A stretch of 63,905 nt of DNA, filler included, from Chiloscyllium plagiosum (lineage: Eukaryota): assembly GCF_004010195.1 (NCBI RefSeq). It is 3 parts of one record of this genome, joined end to end, with 100 filler letters (N's around TTAATTAATTAA, not from the genome) between each part and the next. Parts side by side here need not be neighbours in the genome. Positions count along the whole stretch, not along the records: positions 1 to 31,366 come from NC_057714.1; 2 more parts are not named here. One strand, written 5' to 3'. The translations under genes were made by a program, and so were the position numbers. Position 1 is the first letter of the stretch; the number at the start of each line of letters is the position of its first letter. Shown here one piece after another: positions 12,286 through 25,110 of the stretch. A model generated the notes under the pieces. That model did not search any database. It was given only the letters and a program-made list of their open reading frames with translations, and was not told the DNA's origin.

Positions 12286-14589
12286 CATAGTTTTATTTGC
12301 GTTCAATAAATGTGGCAATTTCCCCAAGGTTCTGGGACACATCCTGGGATGCTTTTTCTATAATCAAAGACACTAGAGAAGGAAACACCTTCCTGGTGGT
12401 GGTATTGTTGCATCTTTGCACCAAAGACATCTTTGAAAGCAGTTCCAGTGAAATCAGTGTCCCTAGGTCTTGGGCTGTTGCTCTTCCTCTGTCTTCACCA
12501 TTGCCTTGATCTCTTCAGCTATGCATTACATAAACAGGGGGTCATAGTGGGTAGGTGACACAGTAGATAAGGTGAGCACAGAAAGGATAATAATTCTAAT
12601 TTTGTTAGAGGTGGAGAGAACTCTAAAGTTTTTCTATCTCCAACCCTCCCATGCCGTGAGAATAGTGGTGCTCCCCCTTAAAACTATTGAGGGGCCACTA
12701 ATTGTATGCGCCACCTCTTATATAAGTCTATTTTTGTTGTTTATACCTTGTGCTACAAGAAATGAAGCATAAACAGAAGTGTATTGCTATACGCTTCAAC
12801 TCAGGGTCACTGTGCAGGCAGTGATCACACGGCCATGTATTAAACAGCACCACCAACTATTATCCAGTTGCAGATCTGTGGTTTCATAAGCTAATTACAA
12901 GACAAAATACTGTCAGCAGGAGGCATAATTGCAGGAAGCATTTATTAGTGAGTGAGAGTTAAATGTTTGAGGGTAGCTTGGGAGATTTGGAATGAGGAAA
13001 TTATTCCTGTTAGAAAGAAACAGTGAATGAGTTTAGAAACTGGAAGCCCTGTAGTTTTCTGTTTAGTAGGTGCCCCGAGCGTAAATATCCACGGGGTTTT
13101 CCTGATCTCTCACCATTTTTAGCTGTTTGCATACTTTCAGCAAGGATATTGCTGAGATCTTGGCTGTAGAAAAGATTGACATAAAGATTTCTCATGCCTG
13201 TCTTCATCGTTTCCTATTTTCTTTTCTTGTAGGTGGATGACTCTGTATTTCACAGCTATTATTGCCTTTGTGAGGTAAACAACTCCTCTCTCAATCTTTC
13301 TCAGTCATTTATTATTTCTAATTTCTATTTTCAACTGGATACATCTTAGTATGGCTTGTGCTTCTTCCCTTCATCAGCACAATTTTAGCTTAACAATGAA
13401 ACAAGGCTTTTCCATAGTAGTTGAGGGGACAGTATTAGAGGTGAGGGACAGGTCAGGAACAGAGCCAGGGTGCATTAATCTTTAATAATGGTAAAACAAT
13501 TTGCCGAGACTGTAAAAAGTGTATGAGGTTATTAGGTTTACAAATAAAGGGAGACGGTACACAAAGAAATTAGGCTAAATAATTGGAAATGGGAAGTTAA
13601 ATTCCGTTGGAATGAATTCCTAATTTTGGGCACCATGAGAAGGCCTTGGAGAGTGCACAAACGGCATCCATGAGAATGGTATCAGGGATGTACAACTTCG
13701 GTTACTTGGAGAGCTTCAAGAAGCTGAGATTCTTCCCCTTTAATTGGGAAAGGTGGACAGGAGATTTAATAAACGCGTTCAAAACATAAAACTCTCTGAT
13801 GAAATAATTCATAAGAAAGTTTTTGTGGATGAAAAGCAGATAGTATGCAGAGACAGATTGAAGTTACTGGGCAGAAGAGCCAGAGTTGAAGTGAGGGGAT
13901 TTTCTTTCTTCTTCTGTAAACACCATAAGAAATGAAAATCAAATTATTTCTGAAAGAGAGTCCAAAAAATCTGTTATTAAAAAATTTGCCTCCTCAAGAA
14001 TTGGGTTGAAAATCCTGATGGTTTTATCAGATGTAAATATCTATGCCAAGGAAGAAATCAAAAATTGGACCTGAACAGAAAATGAGACTTTTAATTCTTG
14101 ATTTCACTGTCCATAAATTCCATAAGAAATAACATAGACCCACCTCAAATAAGATGCAACGTGGAAATAATGGGTTAGCATAGGATGACATCAGGAAGAT
14201 AATTCTGACTTTGGCTAATGATATAAAATGCATGATATGAGCTTAGCTGCCTATTAAACTGCTCTCCTAATATATTCTGGAAATTAAAGGGGCTCAGTCA
14301 AACCATAAAAATGGTTAATGGTATTTGCTGTTATCAACAACACTATAAAGTGGAAGTCTAAACTCCTTAAAAAGTTCTTCTAATAGATCAGTTAGGTCAC
14401 AGATTGTGTAGGATATTAGTAACATGATCAAGGTACATAGAAATAATTTGTTACCATCTTAAAGTCATTAATTCTGTCCTTATGTTTATATTCCTATTTC
14501 TCTCTCTTACCAGTGATACCACTGTCACTTCTTGACTGTGGAAGGATTTAGATACTACATGACAAGTTTTCTTCAGCACTTACCACCAT

Positions 14590-15850
14590 AGAATCTTACA
14601 ATGAACATAGGTTATAGCAAGAAGATTGGGCCCTGTTCCATGATTCATTGAGATCATGGATCATCCATGGCCCAACTCCAGACACCTGCCTTTGGCTCAT
14701 ATCCCTTAATATCCAGCATCCACTGTCATTTGTAGAAGAGTTTGAAACATCAACCAACCTTTGTGCTTCCTAACATCTGCTCTGAACAATGTACATCCTT
14801 GTAAGCTTCTTGCAAGTTCTTGTAAATGGAAAAAGGTGGCAGAAAGTATGTGGAGTACTCTTTAGTATATTATAATTGCTTGACTGCCAATAACATTTGA
14901 GTAATAATTGCATTTGTATCTAAATCACTTCTTTGGCACTAAATCAATGCATTGATTACTAATTTAACTTGATTACCAATTATATGCTCTAACTGTCTTG
15001 TTTTACTGATCCAATATCAAATCATAGCGATGTAGGAAAAGCAATAGACCATTTAAATCTTTAGCCTGCGCAACTATTCAGTGAGATCTACAACCAAACT
15101 CCACGTAATTGCTTTTTCACTATATTCCTTAATATCTTTGGATAATAAAAAAAACTATCCATCTCAAATTTAAAATGTATTATTGATCAAGGATTTTGCC
15201 ATTTGAAGAAGAAAATTCCAAATGTTTATCACCTCTTGTGTGGAGAAGTTTCCGAATGTCAATCCTGAAAATTCAACCTCACATTTTTACAATGTGGGAC
15301 TTAGTCCAACACTGCCCACCTAGTGCAAATAGTTTCTCTCCAACCACCTGAGATGTTCACTTTGTATCTTGAAAGTTTTGACCTTCAAAGTAAAACTCTA
15401 GCATATGTAACCTGACCTCATAATTTAACTTTTTATGTCAGGCATATTTCTGGAAAATCTAAGCTCCCTCCAAGTCCAATATATCATTCTAAAAGATGTG
15501 GTGTTCAGAACTGCTTATTATACACCGTGTGCTCTAATTAAGGCTTTATATAGCTGATGGTTAACTTTTACTCCCTTTTTTTCTACTAGTGTAAGTATCA
15601 GGGCCAGTATTCCATCAACCTTTGTAACTACTTACTGTTCATGACATTTTAATTAATTATATACTTGAACCACTGTCAATTTTTGGCCCCCTGTTGTTTT
15701 AGCTTTCCTCCATTTAGAAAGTACCCGTTCAGTGCTTTCCAGATTCAAAGTAAATGAATGACAGTACATTGAAATCCAATTCCCACAGTTTTAGCCATCT
15801 TATCTGTCAACGTAACTTCATTAATTTTATGCTTCCAGCTACACTACTTA
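14590..15850 (-). mobile_element. Old fragmented CR1 3' ends (about 14590-14790 and 15030-15850)
   Basis: Degenerate reverse-complement CR1 3' UTR and RT-end sequence. Confidence 0.55.
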
Positions 15851-17030
15851 CAATCAAAGGCAATCACCAAGCAACCAGCGAAAGGCTCTTTCCTTAGTTT
15901 TCAGAGAATTTCCAAACAAACTATTAACAGTAAAGCTTATTCTGTCATTTTCTCATCCTGGTTTCACCAGGGAAAACCTTACAGAATCTTTAAATTGTCA
16001 TTCGTATATTTCTTTGATCATAGACCAACCTCTCTTTTACGTTCTGCCGTGCAATAGCCATGGTCACTCACCTGTACGCTGCAGCATTTTGTTTTGCTGA
16101 AATTTCTCTCTCTGTCTTAAAACCAGAGACTAAGGAATGGGACTCTACTGTTAGATCAGCTGTTCCTGCCTTTGTTTCAGACATAAACATTTTGCACCTT
16201 GCTTCCAGTACGTCTCAATCTTGGCTCTCAGTCTCCATAGTAACCAAGACACTTGGTTTATTGTTGGGCAGAATTTGAAGCAGATCACATGACCTTCTTC
16301 ATTTGAGACATTGCAAAACATAATCATCTTAAAACTCTGCATTCAAAATTATCAACAGTAGTAACCTAGCAATAGATAGTCAGCTCAATAATCCATAATT
16401 CCCTGGTTTACCTTCTTAATCTTTCTTGAATAGTAGCATGACATGCACAATTTTCTAATCTAAAGATATGTATCACAAATTGGGAGAAGTTTAGAAGATT
16501 ATAATCCAGGCACTTGCAATATTTTCATTTACTTGCTTTTAAAAACTGGGATGGAACCATCTGATCTTGGGGTTTTGTCATTCTTAAGTCTCTTTATTTT
16601 CCTCATTATTGTTATTTTGCTTTTGATCATTTTTGTCAGTCCTTATCTCTGATTATTTTCCTTGAGAGGACCTTCACGTTGACCACTTTATTAACCGTAA
16701 ATACTATAGTAATTTCCTAATTTTCATTGACAGTATCACTGTTTCTTGTTTTCAAGGAATGTGCATTATTCCTGACCACATTCTTTTTCCCAGTTTTTGT
16801 GTTTCTCTGACAATCCATTGGAAATTAGTTTCTATGCTTCCTTTCGTCATCCTTTGTATCTGATTTTTCAATAATTGCTGTTTTTAGCATCTTTCCCATT
16901 GCCAGTCACTTTTTACATTTTTGAATATTTTGTTTTACCATTTACCTTTAAGTTGTCTTATTTCCTTTGTTATCCATGACTTCTTACTTTGGCAAGTAGA
17001 GATCTTGCTTCTCAGAGGTATAAACTCAGA

Positions 17031-17358
17031 GGGGCAGCATGGTGGCTCAGTGGTTAGCACTGCTGCCTCACAGCACCAGTAACCTGGGTTCGATTCCAAC
17101 CTCAGGTGACTGGCTGTGTGGAGTTTGCACATTCTCCCTGTGTCTGCGAGGGTTCCTTCTGGATGCCCTGGCTTCCTCTCGCAATCAGGTGAATTGGATA
17201 TGGTAAATTGCCCATAGTGTTCAAGGGTGTGTAGGTTAGGTTCATTAGTCAGGGGTAAATATAGGGTAGGGGAATGGGTCTGGGTGAATTACTGTTCAGA
17301 GGGTCAGTGTGAACTTGTTGGGCTGAATGACCTGTTTCCACACTATAGGGATTCTATG
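17031..17358 (+). mobile_element. tRNA-derived V-SINE (HE1-like)
   Basis: A box tggctcagtgg, B box ggttcgattcc, V-domain gtgtggagtttgcacattctcc and a CR1-like 3' tail. Confidence 0.9.
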
Positions 17359-17999
17359 AAATGGTTTGTCTCATATTAAATTATTTTTCTATTTAAATTG
17401 GCATAAGGCAACTGCCATAAGCGAGAAACAAGACTTTTTTTCTCAATAACTGACATATCCTTTATATAAAGTACATTTAGTTTGCAAGGATTTCATTACT
17501 TGTGACTCCAGATCTTCTTAATTTTGTTTTTAAAGGTATTCCTCTCTAGACAGGCTTCACTTGGCAGCCTCCCTCAATCACTCTTATTGGAGCCATGCAA
17601 TTCTCCACCACTCCCTTGCAGTCACTTGCTAGTTTCCATTACTCCCATCCCCTTTGGAGTCACTCGATTCTCCATCCTCCCATTTTGCTGCCCCTCGCTT
17701 CTGCTCTTTCTCCACTTTTTAGACACCCACTGCTCACTGTCCATAGCAAATCAGCTACTCCCCTGCCCTGATTCATCCTGCAGGCTTGTGCTGCCTCATG
17801 TTTTGCCTGGCAGATTCATTCCCAGCCTTGTTCATCGCCATTACTCACTTTCTCATTGCTCCTTCTGTCCCAGGCTATCTCCCTCCTACTGCTGGGATCT
17901 GTCTGAGACAAAATCAGACTTTATCACCAAGGTAAAGTCCTCAGGTGAGCTTCCAACCACATATTCATATCATCACCAAGACTGTCTATATCCATCTTT

Positions 18000-18350
18000 G
18001 TAGCATTACCTCGCTTCAAACTTGCCTCAGCCATCTGCTGCTGATACCCCAGTGCCTGCCTTTGCTATCTCTGTTCCAACACATTCTTGATTGTTGCTCA
18101 CAAAAACCATAAATGTAAGATCAATTGCTGCCTGTTCCCTAACTAGTGCTGAGGTCCATTCACCTGTCATCAATGTAACCACTAACCATCATTGGATCCT
18201 GGTCAAACAGAACCTCAATTTAAAATTTTCATCCTTATTTCAAAATCCATCCTTTGCTTTGCCCCTTCCACCTTTAAAATCTCTTCCTCTGATGTAACTG
18301 TTTATCTAATTCTGATCTCTTGAGCATCCTTAATTTTAATTGGTTGCTTT
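18000..18350 (+). mobile_element. Old L2 LINE 3' fragment
   Basis: Degenerate HW.LVKQNLNLKF segment typical of the L2 ORF2 end. Confidence 0.5.
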
Positions 18351-18599
18351 CCAATCTAATCCTACACCTCTCCTAGTCTTACATTTTCTTCTACCTGTAT
18401 AATAATTTCTCTATTTTACCTGGGTTCCCCCAACACTGTATAATATAAGTAACACCAACTCATTCTGAACATCTATCTCTGTAAAAGCTGTGATCATTAT
18501 CCATTTGCAAACTTATTTTGTCCTTATCACAACATATTTTCCTATCTATCTTGGTGTCATTTCTGAATTTAACTACCTTGCCTTCATTCTCCTCATCTT

Positions 18600-19130
18600 T
18601 GTAATTGAGGTAATTTCTAAAAAGCTGAGGTCTCAGCTCAGAGCCATGTTCAACTTATGCCCTCTGGGTTTCCAAACCTGCCTCACTTACTGTTACACCC
18701 TCCCGTCCCTGACCATTGAACAAATTAGACATCTCTATCATGGGTGCCTAACTGTCACCTTTTCCAAAGAATCCAGCAAACTTTCTCTTCCATGATGCAT
18801 TACAGTATCTGTGGTTCAACGTCCAGTTCATAAACTCTAACCTGAAGCTGCTCAAACTTCAAACACTTACTGGATCACAAAGGTATCCCGGAACTTCCAC
18901 ATGCTGTAGCCTTGACACATCATGTGTCCTGCCATCTTTAATGATGTTTAATTGTTTTGTTAAATTATTCATTTACCTATGTTGTCCTTACTTTATTTTA
19001 TTAACTTTGACATTAATTTGTGTACTATGTTAAAATTTTAGATCAAAAATATCTTAATTGCTTACCAAAGTCTTATCCGACAGCTAGCTCCTGACCCTCT
19101 GGTAGAACAAGAACCAATTCTAATCAGCTC
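18600..19130 (-). mobile_element. Old CR1 5' region (ORF1 zinc finger/leucine zipper and 5' UTR)
   Basis: Minus strand SKCLKFEQLQVRVYELD; the AT-rich part resembles 60090-60330. Confidence 0.5.
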
Positions 19131-19186
19131 CAATCTCTGTTTCTGTCTGTCTGTCGTGGGGTTTTTTGTTCACCACCTTTAGGTGG

Positions 19187-19380
19187 GATTATGATTGCCT
19201 GTCTCAAGGTCCTCACATCACCCATTCCTTTGGCACATGCTGACCGCCTGTCTTGGGGTCCTTCCCTTGCCTGCTCCTTCAGTTGATTCTGACCACTTTT
19301 TGCAGCATCCTCTTTCCTGCACCTCTAGGTGATGCTGATTCTCTGTCAGTGGTCCTTTTCTAACCTGCTTCTCTACACTG
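19187..19380. repeat. Degenerate tandem repeat, about 49-nt unit, 4 copies
   Basis: Units start near 19187, 19236, 19285 and 19331 with the shared pattern gatNctgaYY...gtcct...cctgctcc. Confidence 0.55.
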
Positions 19381-22300
19381 AAAGTAAGTCAGCCCATCAA
19401 TAGATGACACAACTGAAATTATTACGAACTATTTCTCAAAACCTCTGGCATCTGGGTGGCTAACCAATGCAAGGCATCAGAAATCAAAACAGCTCTTTCA
19501 ATGCATGACTACATGAACTGTAAGACACAAACCTAAGATTGCTATTCATGCTGTTCTCATGTTCATATCTTAAAAGGTTCTTCCACCAAAAAGCTTTGGA
19601 CACAGTGGAAGCAAAATGGCTGCTTTTGTGGCATGCTTCAAACTGACAATACTTTCCTGGCTACAGGCCACAAAGCATATATTACTGGAGAGAATATTCT
19701 AAAAAGAGGAGGACCTACTGGACCTCATTGGCTAGCAACATGGAGTGATTGGAGCAAGGTGAAACTGGAAGCCTCTCCCGTCTGAAGGCTAGACATGTGC
19801 TTCATTTATTATCTCCTTCACTTGCTGCTCACTTGATCACTGTCAAGCACAATGGCAAACCACGCAGTACAGTGCCACACTTGAAGGGGTGGATTGCGTG
19901 AAATAAGCTAACATTTCTTTATCTTCCTCTTCTACTTCTCTAGACATGTCTCCAAGAAAAACAACAGCTCCAAATGCCACTCAAGAAGTCAGCAACTCAC
20001 AACAACCTTCGGAACTCGTTCCGCCTGCCACAAGCAACTGCAGAGGTACATCCACTCAAGGAGATTTCGATATGGGTTCAAGTAAAATGGATCTTACTAG
20101 GAATAGAAGTGAACATCACTGAGCAGGAGCAAAATGTGGGGGCAATGAAGGAGCAGGAACCTGTTGCTTGGAGGTGCAGCTACTATCTTGGCTTAGCAGG
20201 ATATCCCAGAGGACCTGCTTACAAAATAAATTAGCTATCTAATACTAGCATAATGATCAATTCCATTATCATGCAACTTCCAGACTTGACTCACTCATTT
20301 CTTACTAGTAGATTCATGTGCACCTGCACATGTTGTCTCATTCAGCAGATAAATGCACGTAAGTAAAAGAAAAACATAATGGCTTGCAATATTCATGTCT
20401 GATGTTTCTTCTACAATTAGTTTATACATCAACTTACATTTTTTGGTACTTATTACAGGTTGAATGTCTCAGCCATGTTACTTTCTTCAAGAGAACATCA
20501 AGCAGGACAAATATAGGGGAAAAGGGTCAGGAGGGACTAAAAAATAGTCAACAGAAAGTCTAAAAGAAGCAGTTGGAAACAGGGAGGTGCATCACAAGAC
20601 AGAGTTCTGAGAGAGAGAATTTCCAGTGGTGGACAAGTGGAAGCACAATGAATAAGCATACAAGTGTTCACAGGATAGCGTAGAAGGACAATGAATAATA
20701 AGTGATGGAAGTACAGGGATCTATGAAGAAAGATATGGTGGAAGAATTTGTAGAGGTACAGAGGACCAAGGCTGTTGGGGGATTTAAAGAAGGAAGACAA
20801 GGATCTTCAAATCAATATTCTGGCACAAGAAGAACCAGGAGAGGACCAATGGGTGATAGATGATCAAGCATCTTATTATTATGAGTAAGAAATCTATTCA
20901 ATGCCACATTTGGATGGTTACAAAATCTGGATCTTGAAAACAAAGACGCTGGTCAGGATATAAATCAATCTGCGACATGCGAAAGGGATGGATTAAGAAT
21001 TTAGTGACAGACCCTGAGTGATCATGAACAAATTGCTGGGATTTTAGTGTGACATTACAAATTTATTTACATAATACAACTGACATCCCTTTTTTCACGA
21101 GATAATCACAGACAATTTTGATGCATGAAAAATGAGGAACTTTAAAGGACTAACTTTTATGCTCCCGTTTCCTTATAATCTCATAAATAATTGTCAAGAT
21201 TTAACCAACAGGAAGAAATATTTTATTAGACAGTTACCCCTAATAAAGGAAGATTATCTGCAGTCTTAACTCTCCACTTGGTTTTGTTCAGTGATGAATA
21301 ATTGTTTTTCCATCATGAAAGATATAAATTTGCATCTTCCATAGATAGTTAAGTACCCTTTCAGCACCTACATATACAGTAATGTTATGCTATTTAGCAG
21401 TATTATCAAGTCCAAAGAACTTTCACAACTTCTCCAAGAAATATCAATGAGCACCTGTCAAAATAATTCAACCATGTATCAGGAGATTTGCTGCAGCTTT
21501 ATCTTGCCTTGCAAGACTTTGTACCTTATGTAAGAAAATCCGTGTTATAATTACGTCTATTAACTCCCCATAATAATTTACATCGTCTGTTCATTGTCAC
21601 AAGTGCTATCACTAGTGTAGACTGGGAAACATTAAGAAATTAGTATGATGTGCATGTAATATTTGAACAATAAAACTATCAGCATGTTTATTCCTTATCA
21701 ACATAACCACAGACCTATGTATATGCTTGATTATGCCAACTATCCTGAGAAAGTTTTGCCTGGCATGGGACTGTTAACTCAGTCACTGCTGTTCTACCTT
21801 TGGAAAGAACCACCCACCTCCAATATGTTAGTGGAAACTAGATTACTAGATCTCTGTTTAACCACAGAGTCTGAAAAAACTTTAAGATAAAAGTCACAAC
21901 AATTGCCAGCTACAAAGCCACGATATAACTATCAAAAAGACACAGACCTGTTCTGTTTCTGATATTGTAATTTGTCTGGTGAAGTAAAATAAAAACACAC
22001 TTTTATATTGCAGTTCTAATAAAGCAAGTAACAGGGTAATTGTAGTAGAAAGGTAATGCTGCTGGAATATTCATCCTGAGGGCTGGAATAATGTAATGTA
22101 AATGTGATTTCAAATCCCACCAGAGTAGCTGAAGGAATTTAAGTTCAATTAATATCATGCTGGTTTCACTATTCATGAACATGAAGCCATCACCCCTTCA
22201 TCACTGATGCAGTGACAACAGTGTGGACCATCCACATGATGCACTGCAGTGACTCATTAAGCCTCCTTAGAATGTATGACCATTACCAACTGGAAGGACT

Positions 22301-22627
22301 AGGGTAGCATACAAATAGGAAGGCAACCTGCAAGTTCGTCTCCAAGCCCCTAACCATTCTAACCTGGAACATTTTGCAAAACTGTCTCTGTAGCTGGGTG
22401 AAAATCAGCACCTACATCAGAAGGACTACAATGTTTCAAGAAGGCAGCTCAGCATTGCATTTTCAAGGGCAAATCCCATGACCTTTGGAAATGACGTATT
22501 AGATTCTTCGTTCATTTGAGGCCTTTGTGGAGGAAATCTATCATTTTCACCTGGTCTGAGCTGTTTATGACTCTAGACCAACAAAACCTAATGGATTTTT
22601 TAACTGCAATCTGTAATGATATAATAA

Positions 22628-22968
22628 AATACTATAGATGTTAGAGATCTGACACATAAACATAAAATGCTGGAGAAACTTAGTAGGTTTGCGGGATCTG
22701 TGAAGAGAGAAACAGGGTTAATATTTCAAGTCCAATATGACTCTTTTTCAGAATTGAAGGGGTTTGAAACTGTTGGATTGTATTGATTGGCAAAGGGGGA
22801 GGAGGAGCAAGTAGACTTGATCATGATGGTACCAAGAGGAATTGCTTCATTTTCAAGACTTCTTCATTTCAGAAGAAAAGTCACATTGGAATCAAAACTC
22901 AATCAGTTTCTCTCTCCACAAATGCTACCATACCTGCTGGGTTTCTCCAGCAGTTTCTGTTTTATTGC
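22628..22968. mobile_element. Degenerate inverted pair of PLE termini
   Basis: aaaatgctggagaaacttagtagg...gagagaaacag is mirrored by cagtttctctctcc...cctgctgggtttctccagca. Confidence 0.65.
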
Positions 22969-23179
22969 CAACACTAATGGTCTAGCAACCCACACAATTT
23001 GTAGTGTTTCACTGACCTCTGCCCAAAGGCAATGAGGGATTGGCAATAAATGCTGATCTTGCTCATAATGCTCATATTCCAAGTAGGTTAATTGGTGATA
23101 CAAAGCCAGAAAAAAGACACATTATGTCAAAACTGTTCTTCATGTACACCACTATTCATAATGTGAAAGAGGAGGATAC

Positions 23180-23625
23180 TGACTGATTGACAAGTGGATT
23201 CTGATTCGTAGAGGTGTCGCGATGGGGAATCACCAGCCTGTGCTTGCAAAGATCATTAACCATGTCCAACATTAGATGTTATTCCACAATTGGAGAACAT
23301 TTGCAGATAAACCTAAATATTCAAGGAATTATATAGACAATGAATTTAGGATTGTCAGTTGGGTTTGCACAATGGAGTATTTGAATGTATTCGAAGCTAC
23401 AGATATTGACGGACAGAGCTGTGTTCTTTGCAAACAGAAAGAACAGATACATGCATGGCATCTGTTGAAATACAACAAAATTTGTGACACCCATTTATTG
23501 GTTCATGTCTCAGGGCAATAATCTGACCAAGGCAGTCAACTTCCTCCCTTACAATGTAAATTCAGCCTGGTTATTAACTGCCAATCAGCATTATCCATGG
23601 CAAAGTCTCTACCAATCAAATTTGT
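23180..23625 (+). mobile_element. Probable PLE GIY-YIG C-terminal relic
   Basis: DNEFRIVS...LNVFEATDIDGQSCVLCKQKE resembles the 'F.I.....L...EA..I....P.LC.QK' end of PLE endonucleases; weak flanking inverted repeats. Confidence 0.5.
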
Positions 23626-23990
23626 ATGCTTGCAAATTTTCATGATACGGACAAGGTGAAAAGCTTCATCAAAAGTTTTTTTTTAGTCATTTTGTTTTCA
23701 GCAATGCTCATTGTTATAAATGAACTTCTCAGTTTGTGTTTTGTGTTAGGTATAAACCAATGGAAGAATGTTCTTCACCAGAATTTGCTTCTGCAGGTAG
23801 AGGTGTGATGCAATTCATTTGGAGTTCAAGCTGTTGCAGCAATATGCATCTCGTTGAGTCATGCCCAATTAAACTTTTTAAAGATAAACTGTTCATAATT
23901 ATGCAAATGAGTTGCAAACATTTCCATACATAAAAGATAATCATAAATCTACACTTGAGTAATGTACATATGATATGTTCCTTTCATTAG

Positions 23991-24068
23991 GTTGACAACG
24001 GAGATTCTGCACTTAATCCCAGGGAAACGACTAACATGAAGACACAGACTGTTGCCTCTTATTTCAGG
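23991..24068 (+). CDS. MYO3A: Myosin IIIA exon: VDNGDSALNPRETTNMKTQTVASYFR
   Basis: ttcattag acceptor; AGG|gtatgg donor. 78 nt, phase 0 to 0. RETTNMKTQTVASYFR matches recalled MYO3A (MYO3B has EETTNMKRQT). Confidence 0.96.
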
Positions 24069-25058
24069 GTATGGCACATTATTTAAATTATCTTAACATG
24101 ATTCTTCACCACTTTCTAGAATCTGATTCACTTCACACACTTACTTGTCTGAATATTGAAATAACCTACAACATGATGCCCACCAATGAAGCTCCTGAAC
24201 TGGATATTGTTGACATTCTCCATGTTACTGCTGCTGCTGCTTCCCAATTACAGGGGAGCGTCAGTAATCTCTTCTGGAAATATAGTCAGAGAGAAAGTGC
24301 ATAGTTGATTGCTGGTACAAATATATCACTAATGACTGTACTGTTTCACAGCATTACCACCAACATATTATGTTAAATGGTGTTCCTTGTTCTTCCTTCA
24401 TTTTCCTATTTATTTTCATTCAGTTAGGTTACTCGCATGACTCTTTCAAATTGTCTGCTAAGCAGAATTCTATTATCCCTTGAATTGGGATTTTTTTTCT
24501 TTTTGATTTCAGTTGCATTATAATGATTCCTCAACTCTGCTTCCTTTTGGCACTTGGCTCAAGTTAGTTGGTCCATAGAATTCTAAAATAGAATCTTGAT
24601 GAGGCTGGGATCCTGTCAGTTGTCTGGGCACCTGATAAGAGGCCTGTGCAGTCTCTTCCAAGGAAAACCTTCCAAACCACACAATAAACAGGCAGTGATG
24701 AACCCACCAGTGGGATGACCTCTGGAATGCAGATCCCAGGGTTTGAAGTCCCGCCTAGTCACGCTTCTGACTGGTGAGACATGGGCAGTTCTTGTCATCA
24801 GCACCACCGTCTAGAAAGACATTGTTGCTCATGGAAGAGCACTCTTGGAGTTCCAGGATTATGCAGGATGCAGTACTAAGGCAAGTAATTAGTGGAGGGA
24901 TGTGTGCGTTTCGGGGTTCACAGAAGGGTGAGGGAAGGTGGTGTGAGAAATGAAGGTGAAAATGGGGTGGCTCTCAGCAGACATGCATGATGGCCAACCT
25001 TCAGTCAGGCTATGAGCACCTTTGAATGAGGGGGACCCCCACCCACCCCCCCGACATG

Positions 25059-25110
25059 TACACACATACACACACTCACTCACGCATACACACACACACA
25101 CACACATACA
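25059..25110. repeat. Imperfect (CA)n microsatellite
   Basis: Seen directly. Confidence 0.95.

Noticed and set aside
17031..17110. tRNA-like sequence (also near 60413)
   Set aside because: It is a SINE head continuing into the V-domain, not a tRNA gene.
17524..18003. 159-aa ORF (and the 168-aa ORF at 25419-25925)
   Set aside because: No recognisable domain, non-ATG start and compositionally biased intronic sequence.
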